Shown here: positions 20,520 through 30,187 of the stretch, in pieces
Layout of the letters: each line of letters begins with the position of its first letter
Position numbering within the stretch: the first letter of the stretch is position 1
Assembly: GCF_000400465.1 (NCBI RefSeq)
Contig: NW_008806279.1
Coordinates: 176,107 to 208,106, forward strand
Source: Wallemia ichthyophaga EXF-994
Lineage: Eukaryota; Fungi; Basidiomycota
Length of the DNA stretch: 32,000 bases
Direction of reading: 5' to 3'
The notes under the pieces: model-generated
What the model was told of the DNA's origin: nothing
The model's input: only the letters and a program-made list of their open reading frames with translations
The model's database searches: none
Made by a program: the position numbers and the translations under genes

Positions 20520-23500
20520 CTACTTCTTCTTCCCGTTATTCTCCTTCGATGTCGTCCCATGGAAACCCATTCTCTCCGCGTAAGCCAGCTCCTCTGCCGG
20601 TGTGAGCTTATCAGCACCGCTCCAGTTAGCTGAACTCGTCCTAGCTCTGAATTTGTGGCGGTTAGGGTTCGTTGCCTGGCCGACCCCAAAAATATCGTCC
20701 ATACTGAGTGGACGCATCATACCAAACACCTCATCGGGGTTAATAGTTGATTGCATCTGCAGTTGCGCCTTCAGATTTGGCGACTCAGCCCAACGTGGCA
20801 GATCGTAGTTCTTCGGCGCGTCATCCTCGCTATCGCTATATTCACTGTTGATGTCAGGTAACTCTATCGATTCGGTATTATGTGATGCGTTGTTGTTGAG
20901 CAGTGGTACTGGTTTAGGCAGTGGTAGTGCTGCTTCTGCTTCTTTTTCCTTCTCCTTGCCATCTCTGACTGCCGTGCTAGCAGACTGCGCATTGTTCATC
21001 GCCTTATACCCGAGTGTACCGTTCGATGCACTAGGTCTGAGTCCTCTCTGCACAGGTGCATTAGAGACGCGCGTTGCTGTTGTACGCTGATGCATAGGTC
21101 TCATTGCGCCTGTTGTTGATGTACCAAGCTTGCGACTCGCACTCTCATCTTCATTCGCTTTCTTGCTCGCAGCTGCAGCTGCCCTTTCCCTATCTTTTTG
21201 TTGCTGCTGTGCTCTCTCTTGCTGTTGCTGCGCTCTCTCCTGTTGCTGCTGTGCTTTCTTCGCCGCTGCCGCTTCCTCTCTCTCTCTCCTCCTCTTTGCC
21301 AACTCATCACGCTGAGCTCTACGTTCGGCTTCCTGTTTCTCGTGCGCCTCTTTCTGCGCTTGAACGCGCCTCATCTCTTGCTCTTTACGTTGCGCTGCCT
21401 TGCGCTCTTTCTCCTTCTCCTTCTCCTTCTCAGCTGCTACCCTCTCAGCCGCATCCTTCTGCGCTAATTGCACAGAAACCTGCGATGGCATACGTTGGTG
21501 TCCTGTTGTGCTGCTTGACATCCTCACCGCTGATGGCTTTTTATTGAGTGATTTGCCCATCTGTGTAACATTCGAGTTGAGCATGTTAGAGAATTGATTC
21601 TTCTTGTCATTATCCGTACTGCCAGCGCGTGGACGGAACTTGTTGGTAGTCTGCAATGGTTTCACACTCAGCGAAGGCTTAGGCTGTGGTTGCTTTAATG
21701 TTGCTTGTTGCTTGTTAGGCCTGTATTGATCTTCTTCATCACCATCATTCTCCTCCAGCTCCTCGTGTGTGTTATGTTTCCTCTTATTTTTACTCTTGTC
21801 CTCCTCCTCTGCTTTTTCTTTTTCTTGTTGCTTTTTCTGCTGCTGCGTAATTTCCGAAAGATCCATCGGTTCATCTTTATCTTGATGTTTGACTGAGGAC
21901 TTGTGGGAGTTTTCGTTTTCCTCTGTGTGCTTTTGTGCAGCTTCATCATCCGGCATCATATGGTCAACTTGATTTAAATCAGCGGCTTCAGGTACTGGTG
22001 TAGGTGCTTGTTGTTGTTCTGTTGCATGTTCTACAATTGGCTCCTCTTCGTGCTCTTGCTCCTGCTCCTCTTCTTGCTCATCACTAGTTTCCTTCTGTTC
22101 AGCACCAGTATCAGAAGCAGGATAAGCGCCTGGGAAATTGGCAGACATTCTGCTGTCCCAGCTATCAACAGCACGTTTCCTAGGTGGGCTATTAGGAGGG
22201 GTGGTAGATTCATCGATCGGTACTGCAGGAACTAAAGGAGCATTGACAGACGACTGCTGTGACTTTGAATGCGATTGAGAGGGTTGCAATTGTGACTGCG
22301 ATTGTCTTTGCGAATGTGAAACTTTCACATCCTCTTCCGATTGCATTATTGGCTCACTTGCTAAACTTACAGGTGCCTCCTTAGGCGGCAAGTCAAACAG
22401 ATTAGGTTTCTTCTGAGTTCCCGCGACTTGAGTGAGACGTTTACGAATTTCAGCAGTCTTTAATGCTAGAGCATCAGCAGGAGTCTTTGGTTCATTGATT
22501 TGATGTGGCTGCTGCTGTTCTTGTGACATTGACTTGTTAAATTTGCGCGATTGGCCATTCTCAACAGTACTCTCATCCATTTTATCAGATTTACGTTTAC
22601 CACTGGTTACAGTCGCAATTGAGCTACTACGTTCAGATTCCAAACCATTTGGACCGGGTTTGACAGAATGGCTGAGCCACGAAGCACGTGATATTGATGG
22701 ATCCTTGCTGTCTTTGGCTGTTGATATTGATTTCTTCAATGGTGAACGTCTGGGGAGGGAGGCGAAAGCTAATGATTTGCGTGGAGGACTCTTTGTCTTA
22801 TCTTTTGCATCATCATCCCTTCTAATTGGAGCTGTGAAGTCTGTGCTGGTCTTTTGCTTATGCTCTTCTTGTGATTGTGCTTGTGGCTGCATAAGTATTT
22901 CTTCTGGTTCATCGAGCACCTCTTCAACTTGAGCAGCATCGTTCGTGTCATTCTGCGACTTTTGAATGTTTTGATTGTTTTGCGCGTTCTGTTCAGGCTT
23001 CTCGTCCCGAATATTGAGGAGAGCTTTATGGAAAGTATTGACGGGTGGTGATTTAGGTGATTTGTGCAAATTAGGCGAATTAGGTGACTTATGCTCACTG
23101 GGCTCATCTTGAGGCATTCTAACAGATTTCTTTGTGATTGGAAGGCGTGAGGGTGATTTTGCCGGTAATGAAGGTGATTTTGGTTGTTCCACAGACTCAG
23201 CGTCACGCTCACGACCATCACTAACATCACGCTTATCATTGAAGACATCCTGTATTAGTTATTAGCGTGTTTGCCGTGCGTGTGTGAGTAGACAAAACGC
23301 ACCTCATTAATTTGATGAATTTTTTTAGCAGATTTCTGTGCAGCAGCAATTGCTGCTCTTGTACGCCTAGTACTGCCATGTCTCCTAGATGGCGTCTTGA
23401 CTAATTCAGTCGTTGGAGCTAATTGAGTTGAATTGAATCGAGATAAGAAGTCATCAACAAAGTTGCAGCCATCTTCAACTAAATCTTCTAATATTGATAG

Positions 23501-23554
23501 CGGTTGTTGGGCGTCCTGCTGGATTTTTGATTGTATATTCGTAGCCCAATTCAT
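20520..23554 (-). CDS. INCENP: Inner centromere protein (INCENP/Sli15/Pic1), about 993 aa
   Basis: Exons 23554-23303 and 23249-20520; 53-nt intron. It has an N-terminal ELVKTPSRR...RRTRAA, an E/K/R/Q-rich single-alpha-helix region, and a C-terminal Aurora-binding IN-box (ELPDINSEYSDSED...PRWAESPNL...INPDEVFG...RARTSSANW). Confidence 0.9.
21200..21256. repeat. 21-bp-period imperfect repeat encoding QQQQERA in the INCENP helical region
   Basis: The protein reads AQQQQERAQQQQERAQQQQ; the DNA is tgttgctgctgtgctctctct-like. Confidence 0.75.
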
Positions 23555-23588
23555 CGATTGTTTTGATGGTCGAGGACAAGAAGCGTTT

Positions 23589-23615
23589 ACGCGTGGAAAT
23601 TTATAAATAACGCGT
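23589..23615. promoter_or_regulatory. Two MluI/MCB boxes (ACGCGT) flanking an AT-rich TTTATAAAT, upstream of INCENP
   Basis: ACGCGT occurs at 23589-23594 and 23610-23615, 35-61 nt upstream of the ATG at 23554. Confidence 0.4.
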
Positions 23616-23830
23616 AATTGAAATGAAAATATACAATGAATCAAATGATCGTTTACAAGATGGAGAATAGTACATTCATCACTTTTTTGAGTTGAAATGG
23701 TTGAAATGAGTGAGATAAAGTGGGTCAGGTGACTGACTTAAGTGAAAAGAGTATAATGAGCGTGGTATATAAAATCCATATGACCTTTTTATTTTCACGT
23801 TTCGCTGGATCATTTGAATGATAAAACCCT

Positions 23831-24656
23831 TCAAAACTCTAAATCCAAATCCAAATCGAATTGAGTGGAATCTTCTTCATGTGGTTTGACAGTAATTGTA
23901 GATGACTCCATATCGGTTTTGTTGAGTGGTTGTATTGATGGCAACTTTCGAGTAGTTGTTGTTGTGGTAGGTGATAAAGTGAACGCAGAAGAGATTGAAC
24001 TCGTTCTTGAGCTATGTTTTCTACGCCTTTCCAACGGCGTCAATAGCTCATCAAGTGATGAAGGTAAGAATTCCTCGCCATTCTCCAAATCGTCGAGTGT
24101 CTCGTGATGATCATCGTCATCATCGTCAATGTCAGTGTAAGAAAATGATCTCCAGTTATAATACATTGATGGCCTTTGAAATGAGCTCAAGGATTGGCTT
24201 AATTGATGCTGTTCTGGGTTCATAGCTGGTTTTGATTGTTGATTAACATTTCCAAGTGAAGTTGATTGTGGTAGGTTTAACATATCATCAGCCTTATTCA
24301 AACTATCCTTTACGATATCCTTCTGTACTTGTAGTGCCTCCTTCTTATTCTTTTTATCCATTGATTGCGGTTGTCCGGGCATTACGTGACTCAGGGCACA
24401 ACGATGTCCGAATCGACAGCTACCCTTCAAGTACCAAGTACAAGGCTGTGAAGTAGTCTTATTTTTAACCTGATTTGAGTGGCTGAATGGGCAACTTGAT
24501 CCTGTGATGAGCACTTGTAAGCTGTACGTAAAGCCGTAGCTAACAACCCCACTCACCCGCTCTACATTGATCTTTCTTATAGAACTTACAAGGTACATGG
24601 CTGGTCACTGATCCCGCTGTAGCGCTATCCTTTGATCGATTCTGATTGCTGCTCAT
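23831..24656 (-). CDS. Tandem CCCH zinc-finger protein (Lee1/Cps3-like), about 256 aa
   Basis: Exons 24656-24557 and 24501-23831; 55-nt intron. Fingers are HVPCKFYKKDQCRA|GSSCPFSH and PCTWYLKGSCRFGHRCALSH. It has the family-like motif EEFLPSSLDELLTPLERRR. Confidence 0.8.
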
Positions 24657-24729
24657 CGGCGTCGTTTATAACCTTATCGAATCGCTATTACGAAATTATA
24701 AATTAATTTTGTCTCAAACTTGAACGGCG

Positions 24730-25435
24730 ATGACGACAGCAGTTGATAAAGTCGATAAGATATCGATCCATCCAAATGCTTTGGTTTGCCAGGTGTGTAG
24801 GATTTGCTAGTTTGTAGTGGTGTAAACAACTCACAACACTCACAGGACGCTGACTTGAGAGGTAGCATTACAATCTCCAGTGGTACCGTTATACATCCAA
24901 AATGCACTATACTTGCTGTACCAGGGGCTATAGTTATTGGTGAAAACTGTATAATTGAAGAATCTGCGATAATTGTGAATAGGTAGGTTTAAGTGGTCTT
25001 ATATACCACTCTAACACCCTCACAGACGCAAAGAACCCATGCTCATTGGCGATGAAAACGTATTCGAAGTTGGCTCACGTGTAGAAGCTGCTTCTGTAGG
25101 CTCACGCAACACATTCAGCGTAAAATCAAGAGTTATCTCGTCGATAGAGATCCCTAACGACTGCTCTATCGGCCCAGCTTGCATTCTTACTCCTTCATAC
25201 ACATCCCCGCAAAGAGAAGACTTCAGAGAACGACTGCAAGATTACACAGTGGTGTACGGGCAGAACCCGGATCGGAGAATTGGTGATGCTGTGGGCAAAA
25301 TACACCAGAGAGCACTACTAGCCAAGCACCTCGAGTACCTCAGAAATGTCGGTAAAATTTGCTACTCGAGAATCTTCAAACTAATTGCAAAGCACATAGG
25401 CATTACCAAAGTATATTAAAATGAGGAATGTATAG
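24730..25435 (+). CDS. DCTN6: Dynactin subunit 6 (p27), left-handed beta-helix, about 185 aa
   Basis: Exons 24730-24792, 24846-24982, 25026-25347, 25400-25435; introns are 53, 43 and 52 nt. Sequence includes ALVCQ|DADLRGSITISSGTVIHPKCTI, IGENCIIEE, IGDENVFEVGSRVEA and KHLEYLRN|ALPKY. Confidence 0.88.
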
Positions 25436-25464
25436 ATGTGTTCAATGTATATTTATACTTTCAT

Positions 25465-25649
25465 CTGCTTTTGTTGAGTTAGCTTGGTGTACAAGACATG
25501 CGCCAGGACAAGGCCATGTCTATCTAGTCAGTTTTTCATTTTCTCATTCAATGTAGATTATGAAGTCTAACATATCTTATTTGTGGTACTTCTCTAGTAA
25601 CTCATCCTATCAAACAACTGCCTTGTCCTGCTTATAATTATCTACTCAC
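25465..25649 (-). other. Candidate 185-nt spliceosomal intron in the PUP3 3' UTR containing a structured element (possible snoRNA host)
   Basis: Donor GTGAGT at 25649-25644, branch GCTAAC at 25483-25478, acceptor CAG ending at 25465. An 11-bp inverted repeat lies at 25630-25620 and 25514-25504. Confidence 0.5.
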
Positions 25650-25681
25650 TTGGTCATGGAGGTTTCGGTGAAGGAGGGAAA

Positions 25682-26450
25682 TCAGTCCATACGAGACTTG
25701 AGGGAGCGAGTGATAATTTTCTCAGGTGTTCTGTGTTTATCGAATGGTTAGAATTGTGTTTTCAGTGTCTTTGTGCTACATCACTCACATCAAGTGCACG
25801 ACTGCACCCCAACCAGACAAGGCATCACGATCGACACCGTTAAGAAGAGTTTGTGAGACAGTTTCAAACAAATCCTCAGCTTCAAGATCTGGTTCCCATA
25901 GACTTTCAGCCATACCAAACATCTTATCAGAAGCAGTACCAGAAACGACGAAATCCTTAGCAAAGTTGAGGCAGCCGATGAGGTCAGTGGCTGCTATGAA
26001 AGGTTCACTGTTGTTTGGGTCTAAACCTGCGACAACGGGCTCAACAAAGTAAGGCGACCACCTTCTTTCGTAAAGAGTGGAGCTGACCAAGTGAGCGAAC
26101 GTATTCGGTTCAATTTCTCTGCCCTCCTTGAGCTTGTACATGTTTGTTCTGAATCTGAACGTGTCTCTCCTGTGCGGGTGTGAGTGTACGCGTCATTACC
26201 ACCACCAAGACTAACAAAGTGAGGACATCTGTAGCCAATCCAGGCAATCCAACGTATAGTTTTTGCGTAATTGGGAATACCTGCGTGCGTATGAGATGGT
26301 ATACACGCCTCACACGCCAATTCCCACCTTTTCGAAGTTTGCCGCCAAACTCATGTTCCTGTTGCCCAATCTCAAATCACCGGCGATTGCGACGCATTTC
26401 TTTCCTCTCATCGCGACTACTGAGCCGCCGTTGTATTCCATTATAGACAT
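25682..26450 (-). CDS. PUP3: 20S proteasome subunit beta-3, 205 aa
   Basis: Exons 26450-26328, 26280-26216, 26169-25789, 25730-25682; introns are 47, 46 and 58 nt. Sequence: MSIMEYNGGSVVAM...GLPGLATDV...RRWSPYFVEPVVAGL...DRDALSGWGAVVHLI|TPEKIITRSLKSRMD. Confidence 0.97.
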
Positions 26451-26497
26451 GATTGAATGTTGGTGTAGATGATCGTTTGGGTTAAAGAGATGTACAG

Positions 26498-27153
26498 CTA
26501 CAAAGAATCCAACAGCGGGCGCAGAGTGGCTGATTCCGTAACCAGCAATCTCAGCTCCATCCACAACCCATCAAGCAACACACGGCCATCGACAGCCTCA
26601 CCCAATCTATCCAATTCAGCGGTGATATGATCGATATCCCTCTGTCTGCCACGCTCACCGCCCAATTCCTCATTAAATGATATCTTGCTCTTGTGTGTCG
26701 CTGCCTGCTCTGCCTGCTCATGCTCACGGGCGTGTTCTATAGCCTCTATATCTTTGGGCAGTATTTGCTGAGCACCCACTCTACCGACGCTGCCTACTAA
26801 ATTTCTAGCGCGCTCAACTAATCCATTATCTGCGCCATTGTCATTGCCGGCCAACAGCGACAGTGTTTGATTCGCAAATGCACGCAGTCTACCGTATTCT
26901 CTACCATACACCACACCCACTGTGTAGCCCTCATCGAATCCTGATTGCAGATGTGATTCCTTTCCAAAGCTAATTCCCTCTCTGTAACCTTCCTTTGAGG
27001 ATATCACTATTCAATTCGCAGAAGAGAAGGCAGACTAACATCCATGTATCTATCCTCCATCTTATTCCACTCTTTATCGCGCTGTTTGGTATCCAATTCA
27101 TCATCAGATCCTCCCCAAACGTCTTCTTCCATGTGCTTGTTATCGCAAGTCAT
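26498..27153 (-). CDS. YAE1: Yae1 (CIA adaptor for Rli1/ABCE1), about 202 aa
   Basis: Exons 27153-27040 and 26992-26498; 47-nt intron. Yae1_N deca-GX3 signature: EGYREGISFGKESHLQSGFDEGYTVGVVYGREYGRLR. Confidence 0.82.
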
Positions 27154-27549
27154 CGTGACTGTAGCGGACTGAAGGTTGCATCAGATGGTGGTTTATCTAT
27201 TCTTACATTATTAGAAGTTATAGCACTCTATTTATCCCGTAGATTACATACAGTATTAGAATAAAATTTACAACTTATTATGTTTTATGGTGACAATATT
27301 GTTCTGAGTGTTGAGCGAAATGTTGAGCAATTGTTTGTTATATTAACTTCTATTGATTCACGCGTCGTCTGTGCTTTGTGTGAGTTGCTGGCTTGTGTCT
27401 TGTGTCGCGCGATCGACGCAAATACCCACGGTATATTCAATTCAAATTAGAAATACACTGTCAATCAAGCTAAGATCGACACTGATAGCCTTAATGGTTC
27501 TGATAGCCCTGAAAATTTGATTCGTTTCGTTTGATTCATTTGATCAAAT

Positions 27550-28751
27550 TCACCACCCAGACCTGTTGATCTTGTTAGTATTCCTCTACAAATCCCCATC
27601 CCCACTTACCCATGATAGTCAGGTGATGACGACAAATAGTTATTTGTACTCGTTCGCGGTCTCCGATACTTGGATAGGTCATTCTCTGTGAGATTTCTAC
27701 CAGCAATCGACGAGCTTGATGGGTTATTGTTGATTGTGCTAGTCGATAACATTTTGTGTGGGTATTGGTTATCGCTGCGTTCAGGAGTGGATTTATATCT
27801 CCTATGGGATGTGTTGGATGTGTTGGGGAAAGTGTTATTGTTACTCTTTATAGAATCGACTCTATTTTTGATACGCGCATTGTGCGCAGCTGAATCTAAG
27901 TCCATATCATCATCAAAATACTCTTCTTCCTCATCCTCTCTTTGCCTTGCTAAAGCCTCAGCTTCAGCTTCCTGACGAGCAAATTTCTCGCGGAGCTTTG
28001 CATTGAGCATCCCAGAACTGTTGTTGTGACCACCAAGCAGCATTCTAGCCCTGGTTTCACGCTCCCAGAGAATGGATTTGCGTAGACTTTCACTCAATTC
28101 TGATGCTAGCATGTTGCGTCTGATGGTGCGTGGTGACTGTGGACGTGCACTAAGAGGAGCATCTGGTATTTCTAAAGGACCTGGAGCACTGTGGGGACTG
28201 TGGGGAGGTTGATCACCCTGTGCACCACTTTCTGAACCAACAAGAGTGGATGCATAGCTCGTATCTTGTGAAGTGCCTTTGTGGGGAATATTCATAGCAC
28301 TTTGTGACTTTTTCTGTAGACGTCTGCTATTTCTAGCGTTAAATTCCAAACCACAGTCTTTATCCGAGGAGTCTTCGGAGTTATTAGGAGAGTGATTTTC
28401 CGTAGCCTTTGTGAGGTTCTGCTGGCTATTGAACATAGTTGACAATAAACTCAATTTGTCTTGGCTCGGGTAAATGGGCTTGTTGGATAGAAAATAGGTA
28501 AAACCACCGGCAGCGGACATGGATCTCTTCGGCAGCTTCTCAAAGCTGATTGGTTGGTTTGGCTCGTCTTGGTCATCAGAATATTCAGACCAAGAAGAGT
28601 CATCGTCCTCGTCGGATATCTGCTGGTTGGCGTCTACAGACGAAGGCTGCTGGTCATCTGAAGCTGAAGTTGATATGTAGAATAATTTCCCCCGCTGTTT
28701 TTTGTTATGGGCTGTGTCTGCTGCTTCCATGGGTTCCATGTTCAAATTCAT
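27550..28751 (-). CDS. DUF3295-like fungal low-complexity protein, about 384 aa
   Basis: Exons 28751-27610 and 27562-27550; 47-nt intron (GTAAGT...CTAAC...CAG). It contains SPRTIRRNMLASELSESLRKSILWER, and the spliced C-terminus DYHGSGW matches the family's YHxxGW end as I recall it. Confidence 0.72.
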
Positions 28752-28812
28752 TTGTGTTATTGCGGTGGTTGCGGTTCAACGCACGTTATCAGATGATATT
28801 TGTACTTAAATT

Positions 28813-30179
28813 TCAATTTTCCTGGATAAATTTATTTACAATTTCTAAATTTTCTTGTAAAGTGCTCAAATCCTCAAACCTTCTCTCCTCTTTTAGAGAG
28901 TCAATCTGCTTGAGTAACTGCGATTGCTGCACGAACAGCGCTTGGAGGTGTCTGTCGCGCGATTCGCCGCTGTCATTCAAACCACTTGACCTTCTCACTC
29001 TTCTAGACTGTTCCAAATCACTCCTCACTGCCGCCGTGTATTTGCCCAATTTGCCCCTGAACCGAGTCGTTATCGCTCGGCAAAGTGCCGTGGGTTCATT
29101 GAAAGATCTCATTAACTCTTCCATCCGCTGAATTTTCTCCATAACCACGCTTGTGTTTAGTGTACGATTACTTGTGATGACCTCTAGCTCTTTTTCCAGA
29201 GCAATTGCTTCCTAAAATAGCTTCATTAGGGGAACGTGGACAGTGAGATAGCAACACTCACCTCATATGCACCCATATATCGTGGTATAACTATTTTCAT
29301 TTCTTGTTTTTCAACTACTCTCCAGCAATCCAAACAAACTCGTATTCCCGTTTGTTGTTTTTGTTCTTGTTCATCATCCAGCTTCATCATTCTACCATAG
29401 TCATCTCTCTTCATCTCGAAGCTAGCCTTGCTTTTCAGTGCATCTCTAGCCACCTCCGCAGCGCTGACGACTCTACCGCACAATCTGCAGTGATGTTTGC
29501 GGTATTTGAAGGGATTGAACTGAATATGTGCAATTGGACACCAGTCTACCAACTTATCATCCTCCCAATTGACGATGTTTTGTTCGTTAGCTCGAAGTTT
29601 TATATCACTGAGTAACCCAAATGAGTCGCCATGCTTGCGCTTGTGATTGATGTGCAGCTCAACAAGCTTATCGAGACGTCTTAGTAAACGACTGTGATTG
29701 AGGATATCCTTATCATCACGCTTGTGCTTATCTCTCTCTCGGACCAAGTCATGGAATCTGTCCCTAACGACGCCCTTAGGCTGGAACCCCACTCGGTAAG
29801 GGGTGCGTTTGTAAGGAGCAGAAGCAGCACCAGGAGCAGCACCACTGCCACTAATTCCACTGAAATTACTCGTAAATGAAGGAGTACGTGATTTCTGATC
29901 AAATTGATAAACTGGTTGATGAGCTGCGGTTGTTGATGAGCTGGGAGATGGACTAGCTGGAGAGTTGTGTAGATTTCCAATATTTCTACTTTTATTTACA
30001 TTTATATTGGGTATACTCGTTGATGTCGGCGTTGATATCGGTGATGTCCCAGCTGAGCCAGTTGAGCGTGTCTGCTGGTATAGATTGAACTGATGACGTG
30101 ATCTATCTAATCTTTTGAATTGTGTTTTTGGTTTATCTCGTTTATCCGATTCATCCATCTCTTGGACGTCGTCTGCCAT
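28813..30179 (-). CDS. PEP7: Pep7/Vac1 (rabenosyn-like) FYVE protein, about 438 aa
   Basis: Exons 30179-29262 and 29211-28813; 50-nt intron. It has YRVGFQPKGVVR...LLRRLDKLVELH, EQNIVNWEDD, RKHHCRLCGRVV, IRVCLDC and a C-terminal coiled coil ending LFVQQSQL...STLQENL. Confidence 0.82.
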
Positions 30180-30187
30180 CAAGATAA

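Noticed and set aside
20602-23248. Many 60-160 aa ORFs overlapping INCENP
   Set aside because: They are antisense or off-frame shadows of low-complexity Q/E/K coding sequence with no recognisable domains.
23640-23685. Perfect box C (GTGATGA) on the - strand between the CCCH gene and INCENP
   Set aside because: There is no CTGA box D at a suitable distance and no terminal stem.
26995-27264. 89-aa hydrophobic + strand ORF
   Set aside because: It has a non-ATG start and is antisense to YAE1 exon 1 and its leader.
27280-27450. 56-aa + strand ORF with CALC and CVLC motifs
   Set aside because: The Cys content follows from the TG-rich complement of a CA-rich leader tract, and there is no other support.
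28550-29131. 193-aa + strand ORF
   Set aside because: It is antisense to PEP7 exon 2 and the DUF3295-like gene, with no recognisable motif.
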